DNA of 43,412 bases from a virus (Duplodnaviria; Heunggongvirae; Uroviricota; Caudoviricetes): IMG/VR virus record IMGVR_UViG_3300048854_000273, positions 1 through 43,412 of that record; one strand, 5' to 3'. The notes under the pieces are model-generated. The model was not told the origin of the DNA and did not search any database. It saw only the letters and a program-made list of their open reading frames with translations. Positions within the stretch are counted from its first letter, which is position 1. Each line of letters begins with the position of its first letter. The position numbers and the translations under genes are program-made. This document shows, piece by piece, positions 15,454-27,400 of the stretch.

Positions 15454-18400
15454 TTATGCATACTCCCAAACGATAACGCAGCCGGGGTAACCAACGTTGC
15501 CCGCTACTGCTGATGCCGACTGTCCGTTACCTGAACCGCCACCACCCGAACCTTTGCCAGTCATGCCTCCCATCATGGAAGGCTGCGGTGGCGAAGGCAT
15601 AACCAAACCGAGACTCAATGCCGCCCAGCTAGTGACTGGCGTCGCGCCGGGTGCATTCTGGATATTGCCCGCTGTGGTGATGCTTCCAAGAATCGACGTA
15701 AGACCCGCGGCCGAGTTTGGTCCGGCAGTGCCCGCACCGCCGCCGGCGCCGCCAGCCGCCGCAGCGACCGAACCGAACGAACTTGCGCCGCCGTTGCCGC
15801 CGTTGCCGCCTGCTGGCCCGGCAGCGCCAGCCGCGCCGACGATGACCGACGATCCGTCGAAGCCCGATGACAGTCTCGTTTTCACGTAGCCACCCGACTG
15901 ACCCGGCGAGCCGACCGAAACCTGGCCCGACGCAGTAGCGACTGAGCCCGCACCGCCGCCACCCGCCGCTTGGACCTCTACAACGACGCTGTTCGTGCCA
16001 GGCGTCCTCGTATATGTGCCACTCGACGTGAACACCTGCACGTTGAGCAGGCGGCCGGTCGTGTAGGACGCGACGTTATTTGAGGTCAGAACGGTGCCAC
16101 CGTTGACCGATAGCTGCTGCGAGGCGAAGTTGTAGTTAAACTGGCCTTTCGTGCCGCTATACCAACCCACCTGCGCCGCATTACCGTAGAAGTAGCCGTC
16201 GTTCTGACCTAGCCATGCCTGACCTTCACCAGCGCCACGCCCGACGCTGATGTGCTGACCGGAGAACGAACCGGTGCCGTTTACTTGCACCTTGTCGGAA
16301 CCGTTATCGCTGCCCCCGCCTAAAAGCAGGTTACCGGTATTGCGCGGAATGTAGATCGGGCAGTCGGTCCAGGCGCCGTTATCGGCAAAGCGTGAGAGAT
16401 ACCAGTTCGAACCCGAGTTGCCGCCCTGCTCGGCGCCGCCTTCAGCGCCCAATTCCCAGCGCATGACGGCTGCCGTCTTGAAATCAACGCAACGGTAAGT
16501 GCCGGAGTTTCCGTTGAACACAAAGTAGCCATTGCTGGCACCACGGTTCATCCAGACATCGCCATTAAACAGCGAGATGCCGCCTCCAACCTGAAGCACC
16601 GACGAGCCATCGTCGGTCGTCGTGCCGAGCAACATGCGCGGGACAGTGCCACTTACGAAGCGCGCGGCTTCCTTGCCGTTGTTCGTGATGCCGAAGGTGC
16701 CGTCGCTGATATGGAAGAAGCCAGTGTCCGGCGCGCCATCATTCTGGAACGAGTATCCGGGCGTCGTGACGCTTCCTTCTGCCGCGAGGATTTGTCCGAA
16801 GATCTTGGCCGAGCCGTTCACTTGCAACAGGCTTGATCCGTCGTCAGTTGACGTGCCGATAAGCACGTTGCCTGTCGAACGCTTGATGACCATCGGCGTG
16901 CTGAGATAAGCGCCCGAATCATCGAAGCAGTTCAGATACCAGTTCGATCCGGCGTTGCTACCGCTTTCAGCGTCGGAATTAGCACCATGCTCCCAACGAC
17001 GTTTGCCGCTCGTCAAATACTGGGTAAATCTGAACTGCCCGGCGGGCGCCGAATACATCGTAGCCGCATAGCCTGCCGTGTTATTTACGTTGATCTGGCC
17101 GCCGTTAGCGGTCAACTGCCCGCTGGCCGTTGCGTTTCCCGCGACTTGCAACTGACTTGCGCCGTCATCATATGCGGTGTTCCCGATCAGAGTGCGACCG
17201 GATGGCAGCACACGAAGCCACGACTTGTTGCCCGCGATCAGATCCGTAAATCCATAGGCCGACTCAGAGCCTACCGTGGCATTGCCTGCCGTTCGGAAGT
17301 AGCCGTAGCCCGCATCAGAGGAGACCCACGCGGTCGCGGTCCCCGCAGCGCCAGCGAAAACCGTGCCGTAGGTTCGCTGGTTGCCGTTCACCTGAAGTCG
17401 GTTCGTGCCGTCGTCCGTCACCGTGCCGATAAGCAGATTTCCGCCGTAAGGCGAGATCGCGACTGGCTTCTTGACGGTGTTGCCGATGTTGAACGTTTCG
17501 ATGGACAAGCCGTCGAAGTTGTTCGGGGTAATCACCGCAGTTCGCGCGCCCGGCGAAGTCAGCGTTACCCCGCCCAATCCGAGAATGGTCCCGCCCACTT
17601 GCAGGGTCGTCGCTCCGTCATCGACCGTGTTGTTGCCAACCACCATGCGACCGCCATAGGCGAGTCGAAGCATGCGCGTCTGGTTCGCATCACTCTGCGA
17701 GTCGTTCGTGGCGCTGTTCAGATAGAAGTCGAGGTATTCCTTGCCCCACGTTTGCGTGAAACCGGCACGAATTGAGGCGACCATGCGCGTGCCGAGATCA
17801 GTGCCGGTGCCGAAAGTGCCATAGAACCGCTGCTTGCCCTCGCGGGCGAGTGCGCCACTTGAAGGCCGCAACGTCAGATGCGCCGTGTTGACGGCGGGCA
17901 CCATGTCGATGAACGTGGCCGCGCTGATCACGCCGCCCTTGTTCACATCAAAAGGCGCAAGGTTGCCCGAGTGCCATACAGGATAGGTATTGACGCAGAT
18001 GTTCCTCTGCGTGAAGTCGTAGTCCCATGTTCCCTGGGTCGGAGACCACCAGCCTGCCGAAGCTGCGCTTCCGTAGAAATAGCCGTCGTTCTGGCCGAGC
18101 AGAAGATCGCCCTCGCCGTTCGTGCGGTTTATCGTCAGATTGCCAGTGACGTCGATGCCAGAGCCGATGCCTACGCGGCCCGACGCGCGGTTGATCGACA
18201 ATGGATTAGACAGCCATGCGCCAGCATCGGTGAATGCCTGAATGAAAAAATTCGAGCCTGCGTTTGAGCCTGATTCCGCGTCGGCGGAAGTCATGATCTC
18301 CCAGCGGTTAAGATTGCCCGTCTGGAACTGAAGGTTGCGCTGCTGACCCGCATTGGCACGAATCGCAAGTGGTTGGGCCGCGCCTGTGCTGTTCGACACG

Positions 18401-20784
18401 ATGACGGGGCCGCCGAAGGTCGTGCTGGCGCCCGTGCCGTCGATACCCACCGCGCCAGAGGCCAGGCTCCACTGAAACGGACGATAGGCGTTGCCAGCGC
18501 CATACTGGTCGCCGCTCGCTGTCTGAAAAAGAAAAACATTGGTGCCGTCGTTACGCAAGGAGGCGCCATAGCTGCCCGTCACCATGCGCAAGCCATATCC
18601 GGTGGTCTGCACTTCACCCGAAAATCGGCCATTACCCCCGACCTGGAATGCGGAGGAGCCATCGTCCGAGATAACGCCGACCTGGACTCGCCCGCCGCCA
18701 GCCATGATTTTCATACTGCCTAGCGTCAACCCGTTGCCGGCTGGCCGCAGGACCGTGATTGCGTTTTGTGCATTGGTGTAGCCGTCATTGACCGAGCGCA
18801 ATGAAAAGCTGCCATCCGAGCCGGACAAAAGCTCCCATTGTTTTTCGTCGGTCCCGGCTCCCTGACGCGTCAACATAATCGACGTCTGCCCAACGCCGCT
18901 TCCATTCGAGGCGATCAGCGCGGAGTTAGAACTCATGCCCTTGACCTGGCCCTGAACCTGCAGCGCATTCACGCCGTCGTCATTGGTCGTGTTGATCAGA
19001 ATTCGGCCGCTAGCCGTGACACGCATCCGCTCCGCGGCGCCTGCCACCAGCATTAGCGCGCCTTGCGCACCTCGTGCGCCCATATAGGTGTTGCTGTTGC
19101 CGTAGACGTAGAGGCTGTTCGCGTCCGCGTTCGCCCAACCGTATCCGTTGACGCCAATACCAAAGTAAGTTGTTCCGCTTACTTTCGCGTCACCGGAAAA
19201 CTGTGTCAGGCCCTGACTGAATCGAGCGGTCTCCTGTCCGTTGTTCGTGACACCGAAGACGCCATCAGAGATGTGCCAAAGGCCTGTGTCGGGCGTGCCG
19301 TCATTGACGAATGACAGGCCAGGTGCGGTGACGGAGCCCTCGGCAAGACGCAGCTGACCCGCCATGTCATCGCCGTTCTTTGACACAGGGTTACCAATCG
19401 TGGCTGCCGTCGCGGCCGCTGACGCCGCACTCGCGGCGGCGTTAGTCTCGCTCGTCTTGGAATTCGTCTCGGAGGTTTTGGAATTCGTTTCCGAGGCCTT
19501 AGCATTGGTCGCACTTGTCGCCGACGCGCTCTGCGACGATGATGCCGCCGACGCAGAAGCCGCCGAGTTCGTCTCGCTGGTCTTTGCTGCGACTTGTGAT
19601 GCTGCTGCAGCCGACGCCGAACCTGCAGCCGCTGATGCGCTTGCCGTCGCATTCGCTGCCATCGTCTCAGAGGTCTGGTCCTCGTCCTGCCAGCCGGTGC
19701 TGGTATAGACGCGGGTCTGCTGGCTGGTCGTGTTGAAATATTTCGAGCCGACCGTCAGTGCGTTGCCGTTGTTGTCCTTGGTGGGGTCGCCCGTCTTCGA
19801 GCCGAGCTGAAGCGCGTTCAGCGTGGCGAGGATGCCCTGCACCTGCGACAGCGAGGATGCCGCGCTAGTTGCCGAACCCGCGCTCGCAGTGGCGCTACCA
19901 GCAGATGCATTGGCGCTATTGGCCGCTGCTGTGGCACTGCCCGCTGCGTTGGTCTCGCTGGTCTTTGCGTTGGTTTCCGAGGTCTTGGCGTTAGTCTCGG
20001 AGGTCTTCGAATTGGTTTCGCTGGTTTTCGCCGCCGTCTGCGATGCGCTCGCAGCGCCCTGCGAGGTGGAGGCTGCATTCGCTGATCCAGCCGCAACCGT
20101 CGCGCTATTCGCTGCACTGGTGGCCGAGCTGGCAGCCGAACCCTGCGACGACGATGCCGCCGACGCACTATTCGCCGCGGCAGTTGCGCTACCCGCCGCG
20201 GCGGTCTTGCTCGCCGCTGCGTTGGTCTCGCTGGTGCCAGCATTCGTCTTGCTGGTGGCCGCAGCGCTGGCGCTACCGGATGCAGCGCTTGCGCTACCTG
20301 CGGCATTGGTCTCGCTGGTCTTGGCGGCATTCTGGGAGCCAAGGGCGGCGGCAGCGCTCGCGGCAGCGGCAGCTTGCGCCTGCTGTGCACCATTCAGGCT
20401 CGCATGGATGTCATTGACCGACGCGACCAGGCCCGATGGCGAAACCTCCGTCATCAGCGCCTGGATCTTATACATCGTGTTGGTCCAGATCGCAGCCGTG
20501 CCGACGTCGCCCTGCGAGATCAGCGGTAGATTATCTGGGACAGTGAAGTCGGTCGCGACCACGCCATTGGTCATTGATGCGCTCGGCCCCTGATAGAGGC
20601 CAGCGAGCGTGAAAGTGGTGTTCTTGCCGTCATAGACGGCGTCGGCCGCAATCACATATGGCACCAACTCGTTCGCGACCATGAAAATGTTGTTCGCACG
20701 AATGCGATACGCCACGTTCACGCCGATGACGGTGATGGTCTGACTGCCGTTAACGACGGTGCAGACCTGCTTGAGTTGTGCCAT
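15454..20784 (-). CDS. Long tail fibre protein (1776 aa): Stf-like Ala/Ser repeats, repeated DDG-x4-LQV modules, Gly-rich C-terminal domain
   Basis: ETNA/ASASAA repeats, internally duplicated modules, RLLNVQVFTSSGTY-type Gly-rich tail. Confidence 0.88.
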   Translation of the reverse strand: MAQLKQVCTVVNGSQTITVIGVNVAYRIRANNIFMVANELVPYVIAADAVYDGKNTTFTLAGLYQGPSASMTNGVVATDFTVPDNLPLISQGDVGTAAIWTNTMYKIQALMTEVSPSGLVASVNDIHASLNGAQQAQAAAAASAAAALGSQNAAKTSETNAAGSASAASGSASAAATSKTNAGTSETNAAASKTAAAGSATAAANSASAASSSQGSAASSATSAANSATVAAGSANAASTSQGAASASQTAAKTSETNSKTSETNAKTSETNAKTSETNAAGSATAAANSANASAGSATASAGSATSAASSLSQVQGILATLNALQLGSKTGDPTKDNNGNALTVGSKYFNTTSQQTRVYTSTGWQDEDQTSETMAANATASASAAAGSASAAAASQVAAKTSETNSAASASAASSSQSASATSATNAKASETNSKTSETNSKTSETNAAASAASAAATAATIGNPVSKNGDDMAGQLRLAEGSVTAPGLSFVNDGTPDTGLWHISDGVFGVTNNGQETARFSQGLTQFSGDAKVSGTTYFGIGVNGYGWANADANSLYVYGNSNTYMGARGAQGALMLVAGAAERMRVTASGRILINTTNDDGVNALQVQGQVKGMSSNSALIASNGSGVGQTSIMLTRQGAGTDEKQWELLSGSDGSFSLRSVNDGYTNAQNAITVLRPAGNGLTLGSMKIMAGGGRVQVGVISDDGSSAFQVGGNGRFSGEVQTTGYGLRMVTGSYGASLRNDGTNVFLFQTASGDQYGAGNAYRPFQWSLASGAVGIDGTGASTTFGGPVIVSNSTGAAQPLAIRANAGQQRNLQFQTGNLNRWEIMTSADAESGSNAGSNFFIQAFTDAGAWLSNPLSINRASGRVGIGSGIDVTGNLTINRTNGEGDLLLGQNDGYFYGSAASAGWWSPTQGTWDYDFTQRNICVNTYPVWHSGNLAPFDVNKGGVISAATFIDMVPAVNTAHLTLRPSSGALAREGKQRFYGTFGTGTDLGTRMVASIRAGFTQTWGKEYLDFYLNSATNDSQSDANQTRMLRLAYGGRMVVGNNTVDDGATTLQVGGTILGLGGVTLTSPGARTAVITPNNFDGLSIETFNIGNTVKKPVAISPYGGNLLIGTVTDDGTNRLQVNGNQRTYGTVFAGAAGTATAWVSSDAGYGYFRTAGNATVGSESAYGFTDLIAGNKSWLRVLPSGRTLIGNTAYDDGASQLQVAGNATASGQLTANGGQINVNNTAGYAATMYSAPAGQFRFTQYLTSGKRRWEHGANSDAESGSNAGSNWYLNCFDDSGAYLSTPMVIKRSTGNVLIGTSTDDGSSLLQVNGSAKIFGQILAAEGSVTTPGYSFQNDGAPDTGFFHISDGTFGITNNGKEAARFVSGTVPRMLLGTTTDDGSSVLQVGGGISLFNGDVWMNRGASNGYFVFNGNSGTYRCVDFKTAAVMRWELGAEGGAEQGGNSGSNWYLSRFADNGAWTDCPIYIPRNTGNLLLGGGSDNGSDKVQVNGTGSFSGQHISVGRGAGEGQAWLGQNDGYFYGNAAQVGWYSGTKGQFNYNFASQQLSVNGGTVLTSNNVASYTTGRLLNVQVFTSSGTYTRTPGTNSVVVEVQAAGGGGAGSVATASGQVSVGSPGQSGGYVKTRLSSGFDGSSVIVGAAGAAGPAGGNGGNGGASSFGSVAAAAGGAGGGAGTAGPNSAAGLTSILGSITTAGNIQNAPGATPVTSWAALSLGLVMPSPPQPSMMGGMTGKGSGGGGSGNGQSASAVAGNVGYPGCVIVWEYA
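19950..20035 (-). repeat. 21-bp/7-aa tandem repeat (KTSETN[A/S]) x4 in tail fibre
   Basis: AKTSETNSKTSETNAKTSETNAKTSETNA; further copies near 19440-19500. Confidence 0.8.
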
Positions 20785-20817
20785 TGCGAATAGCCTATGA
20801 GCGTCTTGGTGGAGCCG

Positions 20818-20847
20818 ATTATACAGTCAGTTTTGACTGTTGAACAA
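20818..20847 (-). promoter_or_regulatory. Sigma70-like promoter TTGTTC-18-TATAAT for the tail fibre, with motif copy 7 (20823-20840, ACAGTCAGTTTTGACTGT) as its spacer
   Basis: Perfect TATAAT at 20818-20823 abutting the palindrome. Confidence 0.8.
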
Positions 20848-20876
20848 GCAACGCTTTGCCGCTCAAAGGCTCTCCG

Positions 20877-21065
20877 TCAAGCCTTCTTATACTTTGCTTT
20901 CACCTGTTCGCAATGATCGATCCACGAGACCGTCTCGGGCGGCAACTGAATGCCCTGCGCGCCGAGTTGCGCGAGCGCCTTCATGATGGCGTCGATCTGA
21001 TCGCCGATTGACATGTAAGAAGCGGCGCGCAGCGGCGCAGCGTCAACTTCATGATGGATTTTCAT
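20877..21065 (-). CDS. Small tail-associated protein (62 aa)
   Basis: YMSIGDQIDAI pattern seen in small tail-module proteins; ATGA overlap. Confidence 0.65.
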   Translation of the reverse strand: MKIHHEVDAAPLRAASYMSIGDQIDAIMKALAQLGAQGIQLPPETVSWIDHCEQVKAKYKKA

Positions 21066-21421
21066 ACCTGCGTTACCTCGAAAGTTGCGTCAAGCATCGG
21101 GAACGCGGAGACCGTGACCGTATAGGTGCCCGGCTGCGAGAACGACAGGTCGGCTGTGCCGTCCGTGACGGTGTAGTCGGTGCCCTCGATTGTCACCGTG
21201 GCGCCGGCCGGCACGTTCGTGAGCTTCATCCCGTTGAGCGTCGTTGAGTTGACCGGGCGAGGCTGAAGCTCCCCGCCGGTGACCCAATCGGTGTCCATAT
21301 CACACGTTACGAGCAGCAGTGAGTGGCCAGCAGGCACGACCTGCTGGTCGATCATTTTCTCGGGCATCCGAGCCTTCACGTAGATGCGACCCGTCTGGTC
21401 GTGAATCAGGTAGTCCTGCAT
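21062..21421 (-). CDS. Tail-associated protein with beta-rich C-terminus (119 aa from MQDYLI)
   Basis: AAGGAAG RBS; VTIEGTDYTV..GTYTVTV beta pattern. Confidence 0.65.
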   Translation of the reverse strand: MQDYLIHDQTGRIYVKARMPEKMIDQQVVPAGHSLLLVTCDMDTDWVTGGELQPRPVNSTTLNGMKLTNVPAGATVTIEGTDYTVTDGTADLSFSQPGTYTVTVSAFPMLDATFEVTQV

Positions 21422-21437
21422 GTTCGAAGTCACTTCC

Positions 21438-24400
21438 TTATCGTTTGAATTCCAGAACGTTGATCGACACCGTTTTGTTGCCACTCCAGGCACCTGCGAA
21501 TGACACTGTGTGATTTCCCGCGGTCATCGTGCCGGACCAGAGACCAAATATCGTCTGCCCGCCGGAAAGCACGATGCTGCTGAGCCCGTTACCATCGAGG
21601 CGCAGGGATACCGTGTCGCCCGTAGTGTTCGCGGACGTCATGCCATACACAATCACCACGGGGTTTCCGGTTGATGTGTAGGTAAATCCGGTGCCGTTGC
21701 GATCGGCGCTCGCGGACCAGGGCACGCCAGTTGTCACCGCGTTTGCACCAATGCGTAGCGTATCGATCTGCGCTTCGGCGATATGGGCGGTGTTGATCTG
21801 CGCGTTGCCGATCTTGGCCGACGTGATCTGGGCATTCCCGATCTTCGCGTTGTCGATCGACGCGTCACCAATCAGGGCACTGCTGATGATCACCTGCGGC
21901 ACGCCGTAGACTGCGCCGATCGTGAACGGATGCACACCGGCGTATCCCGGCAGGTTCACCGAGAAGGTATCCGTGCGCACCGCAAACTCGCTGGTCGTCA
22001 CGCCGTTGACGGACGTCGAGGCAAGCCCATAGCCAGCCACATACCCGTTGTTGTCGATCTTGACCGTGTATTGCGCCGACAGTCCATTGATCGAGGACGA
22101 CTGAGCCTGGATTGAGGCGGTGTTGCTGCCTACGGTCGATTGCAGCGTTGAGATCAGCGAGGCGCTGGATGCGTCGGCGGCCGCACGTGTGGTCTGCTCG
22201 GTCTGGATCAGCGCGTTGGCCGTGCCGAGCGACGCCGACAGCGTGTCGATGCGCGACGAGAGCGCAGTGTCCGCCGTCGCGCGTGCGTTGGTTTCCGCCG
22301 TTACTGCAGCCTGAACCGGCTGCGTCAGGCTGGCCGGGCGCCATTCCGCATCTGTGAAATACCAGCGGTTTGCGTCGCTCGTGGCCGTGATATTGATCTG
22401 CGTCCAGAACTGCGCCTGCGTGTAGCCCGCGGGGATCGTCACGTAGCCGTAGACGCGCGTCCAGCTCGAAGTAGCCGCGAGCGTGGCCGCCGTTATCCAC
22501 GTCGTCGCACCGCTCGCCGTCATCAGCTTCAGACCTACGGCGAATTGCGCCGCATTCGACACGGGCGTAGCGGCCGACACCTCCACGTAATGCTGCTGAC
22601 CCGGCGACACATCGACAGTGCGGCCGGAGAAGAAGTTGTCACGGACGTTCTGTTCAAAGACGTTTGCCGCCGGCGCGCTAACCGGCACGTCCGCATTGGT
22701 CTTCGCCAGCACCGCCACGGCGGACCACCCTGTTGTGCCGTTTGTGCCAACCGGGTTCGCGACGAGATTGGTCGGATCGTTGCCGAAGCTCGCGACCACC
22801 GTATCCACACGACTTGAGATCGCGCTGTCCGCAGCCACGCGCGCGTTGGTCTCCGTCTGGATCGCGGACGTGTTTGCGCCATTCGAGGCCGCGACCACGT
22901 CAATACGGGCGCCGAGCGCCGTGTCAGCGGTCGTGCGCGCCGTCTGTTCGGACTGAACGAGTGCCGTGTTGCTGGCGTTCGCAGCTACAACACTGTCGAT
23001 ACGCGTGGACAATGCGCCATCGGCGCCTGAGCGCGCCGTTGATTCGGTGGTGATCGCCGCAGTATTGGCCGCTGTGGTGGCGCTGACTGTGTCGATTCGG
23101 GTTCCAAGCGCGCTGTCAGCGGCTGTGCGAGCCGTTTGCTCGGTCGAAACCGCGGCGGCGTTGGCCGCGGTCGAAGCGCTGACCGTGTCGATCCGGCTTC
23201 CCAGTGCGCTGTCCGCTGTCGTGCGTGCGGTCGTCTCGGACGTGATCGCTGCTGCGTTCGTGGCGGTCGACGCAGTGACCGTATCAATGCGCGTGCTAAG
23301 AGCGCCGTCTGCGTTAACCCGGGCGCTCGTCTCGGTGCTGATAGCGGCAGCGTTGGCCGCGTTCGTCGCAACGACTGTGTCGATCCGCGTGCCCAGCGCA
23401 CCGTCTGCGTTGCTGCGTGCGGTCTGCTCGGTGCGAATTGCCGTGCCGTTCGCGTCAGTGTTGGCCGAGACCGTGTTGACCTGCGAAGAGAGGCTGTCTG
23501 TCGCGCTCTGGCGCGTCGAAGCCTCATTCGAGATCGCGGTCGTCAGTGCGGCAGTCATGGCCGCCTGAACAGCGGCGTCCGCCTGCGCTGCGGCTACTGC
23601 GGCGGCCGCAATGGCTGTCGTGGTTGCGTTCGCCGCCGCGTCCTTCAGCCTCGCGTTGACCGATCCGACAATACTGTCCGGCGCGTCGATCAAATCAATA
23701 CGGGTCTGCAACCCCGGAACGAGCTGCGAGCCGCTCAGCACGCCGTCGGCGATCGCGTTCACATCCATATATGGCGTGTGAAACGTGAATGCGGCGCTCG
23801 GAATCAGGTCGCTCTTGCCGAATGCGTCATACGGCGCGAGCATGAACTGATAGTCCGAGTTGAACATCAGGTTTGTCAGCAGGACCGACGTGTCCGGGCC
23901 GTCATAGGCGAGCTGAGCGGGGTCAATCGACACCGTGTTGTCCACATCGCCGCTCCAGGCGAGGTAGATGGACGTGCCTGCGTAGTCCGGGTCGCCGGTC
24001 GTCGTGAAGTCGATCTGGACGCGATCGTAGGCGGGCGTCGCATTCACACTCACAATCTGCGGCGGCGGATTGTAGGCGTCGATGACGGCCGGGTTGCCCT
24101 TGTTGTTAAAAATGTCCCGCACCATCACGTGGAAGGACAGCCGGCGGTGAAGACCGTCGGCAAAGTTCTTCTCGTAGGTGTAGTCGTAGCCGTTGTCGGT
24201 GGTGTGCTCGGTGCGCAGCAACACCCCGTTTTCGTCGTAGACCTGGATCTCGTAGTCGAGGAAATGCGGGTCACGCGTGCCGCCGTCAGCACCGTTGGGC
24301 TCCGAGCCGAACTCGAACGAACTCGTCACCGAGTTGTAGTTCCAGAACAGCTTGCAGTCCTGGCCCGACCAGATATAGTCCGCGCCCGTGACCGGTGCTA

Positions 24401-27400
24401 CGGTCAGCGAGCCTGGCTGGCCTACTACCGTGTGTGACGCGGTAGGCGCCAGGTCGTAACTCGCGCGCTTGTTCCACAGGTCATAGGCAACTACCTTAAC
24501 CGCAACGAGGTCGCCCGTCTTTGCGTTGGCGACCACGTAGCTGGGCGAAGCCGGCACCGGAGCGGCGAGTGTGAAAGCGCCGCCGTTGATCTGCACATAG
24601 ACGTCGGCGCCAGAGTAAGAACCCGTGATCGGCAACGACCAGCTCGCACGCACTTGCGTGAGGATCTGCGTGCCCTGGACGTAGGTTTCCTCATAGACGG
24701 TCAGATCCTGCACTTCGCCGATCGCCGCCTGCGAGGGGTCGAGCGCCGGCGGGGTCAGCGTGCTTGCGACACCGCTATAGGACGAAAGGTCGTAGACCGC
24801 CTCGTTGTATTCCAGCGCCTGGATCGTGCGGTTCATCGAACTGGACGACAGCGTGATCGACTTGACGCGGAACGGCTTGCGCACCTTCGTCGATTCACCA
24901 AACATGTAGTTCGTGAACTGGTCCGGCACGTAAGTCAGCGGCGACTGCAGGGTCACGACAGTCGAATCGCCCGCGACTGTGTTCACCACCGCGTCCGTCA
25001 CCACGTCCGTGTCGTAGAACGTGCAGGTATCACCCGCAACGAAGCCCGTAGCATCGTCCACGTAGACGCCATCCGGCACCACGGTCGTGATCCCCGCCTC
25101 GGCGCCGTTGCCACCCCGGATGCGCGTGGCGCGCGTGGACAGGTTCAGTCCGCCGCGCACCTGGATAAAGTTGCTCAGGACGCTCTGGGTGACGCCGCTG
25201 TAGCGGACAACGTAGTTGGTGAGCAGCAACAGCTTGTAGCTTTTGCCTGCTTCCATCGTGACGGGCTTGTCCAGCACCAGCGAGCTGGCCGTCGACCCCG
25301 CGTCTAGGCGCCCTGAGTAGGCCCACGCCGGCATGTCGTGCTGAACGAGGATCACATCGCCCGGCGTGCAGGCAATTGCCTCAACCGGAGCATCGAACTG
25401 CGCGGTCTGGGTCAGGTAGCGATTCAGGTTGAGCTGGAAGGCGCCTTCCATGTAGGCGCGCTCAATGGTCGTCACGCCGTAGAGCGTGATCGCCGACACG
25501 TTCTGACTCTCGGCCGTCAGCGCGGCTGTCGTATCCTGAACCTTGACCGTCTTCTGCTTGTTGTAATCGGTCTCGTCAAAATAGGTGACGTCGATCTCGG
25601 TGGCCCGGTCCTTCATGCCGAGCCAGTTCAGGCTGAAGCTGCCCTGAACGATGTTGCCCATGCCAAACATCATCACCGGGTCGGCGGGTGCCTCTGTCGC
25701 GATGTAGTAGCGCGTGCCGACCTGGATAACCTGCGCGTGGCCGACGCGGAACACCAGCGCCGATGCGTCCCAGAAATTCTGGATCTGGTCGAGCGGTCCA
25801 TTCCATGTGAGGCCTGCCGAGTCGCAGTATTGCGCCCAGGCGATGACTGAATCGAGGTCAATGCGCGCCTGATTGAGCGCGGCCCCATAGATCGGGTTGG
25901 TCGCCATGTCCCACCAGACCCAGGCGGGATTGCTATCGGAGACCGTCGATACAGTGGTCACACCGTCGTTGCGACTGATGACGTTAATCAGCTTGCCGCC
26001 GTGCTGGAACGTCACCGTCGGCACGCCCGAGAGCTGCGAGTCCATCTGGATGCGAATCGCCAGCAGGGCCGTGTTGTTATAGGCAACGCCGTCGAGCGTG
26101 ATCTCGTTAATGTCCGAGATGTAGGTGTCGCTTTCGGCGTTGTCCGACGTATCCGTTGGAAACGTCGAGTTGATCGAGTTGGTGTAGCTGTTGACGGTTT
26201 CAACCGTGTAATTCGTGTTCCGCCGAATCCGCATCTCATATTTAGCGAGCGGGACTTGCGGGGACGTGAAGCTGCGGCGCACGGTCGCGCGCAGGTTGTC
26301 AGTGATCGTCAGATTGCCGGTCGTATTGGTCGTGGCAAGAACGAACGTTGCGGCCCCACCTTGCGCGACAGGCCATGAGCTGACGGCCCGACCAATGAAC
26401 TGGCCATAACGCGACGTCGCCTCCGCCTTGTCCGCGTCAGTCATGTTGAGACTGCCGTCCGCGTAGGTGATCGACAGTCCGGTGATGACCAGGCTACCGT
26501 TGTAGTCGTAAGGGTTAAGCGTCCCGTTGACCACCGGCGCGACCGAGACTTCCCGATAGCTGGTCGACGTCGGACCCATTCCGATCCAGTCGGTCGCGCC
26601 GACTTGCCGGTAATCGATCTCGATGGCGACCGTGTTCGACTCGAATGCCCCGTTCTTCGTATTGACCGAGTAGAGACCGCTCGGGCAGGCGAAGTCGAAG
26701 CGGAGCTGCTCGCATTCCTCGACGGTCGTGAAATTCACGTAGCTGCCGTCTGAAGGCAGCAGGACGTTGCGGTTGACCGGCGTGATGACCGTAGAGAACC
26801 AGTCGATCGGCGACTGTGAGCCGTAACCCATCCGGGTCTGGAGCGTGACGTCCAGATACTCGTCAGCGGGCCGGTCGTTGATCCGCACGTCGGTGATCGA
26901 GGCAATCGGCCCCTCACCGGCGTTGATCAGCATGTAGAGGATCTGGTTATTGCCGTTGTTGCTTGCGTCAGTGCCGCTCGTGTTCTGTTCGGTGTAAAGG
27001 CCGATGATGTTCCCGGCCATACGGTAGGAGCCGTAGCTGACCGGGACCGCGATGCCTTCAGCGCTGGTGTTCTTTGCGCCGTCCGCGCCATAGGACGCGC
27101 TGTTCGCGATGCTGCCGCCCGAGTTGGACGCGACTGCTGGCGGGAGCAATGCATTGACCAGCAGACTGCCGGCGATCGTCAGGCCGACCGACACCGCGCC
27201 GGTAATCGCCGTCAGACCAGCAGAGCCCACGGCTGCCGCGAGACCGATCCCACCTACCGAAGCCACCAGTGCGGACGCCGCATACGGGGCAACCACAGCG
27301 ATGGCAAGCATCGCCACCATTCGGAAAATGCCCTTCGCGCCGCTGGCTCCTCGGGGAATCGGGCAGATCACCACGTAGTCATCGGCGTCAAGGAAAGTCT

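Noticed and set aside
15454-20784. Diversity-generating retroelement or invertible shufflon in the tail fibre
   Set aside because: No reverse transcriptase, invertase, near-identical TR/VR pair or inverted crossover sites were seen; the duplicated modules are diverged at DNA level.
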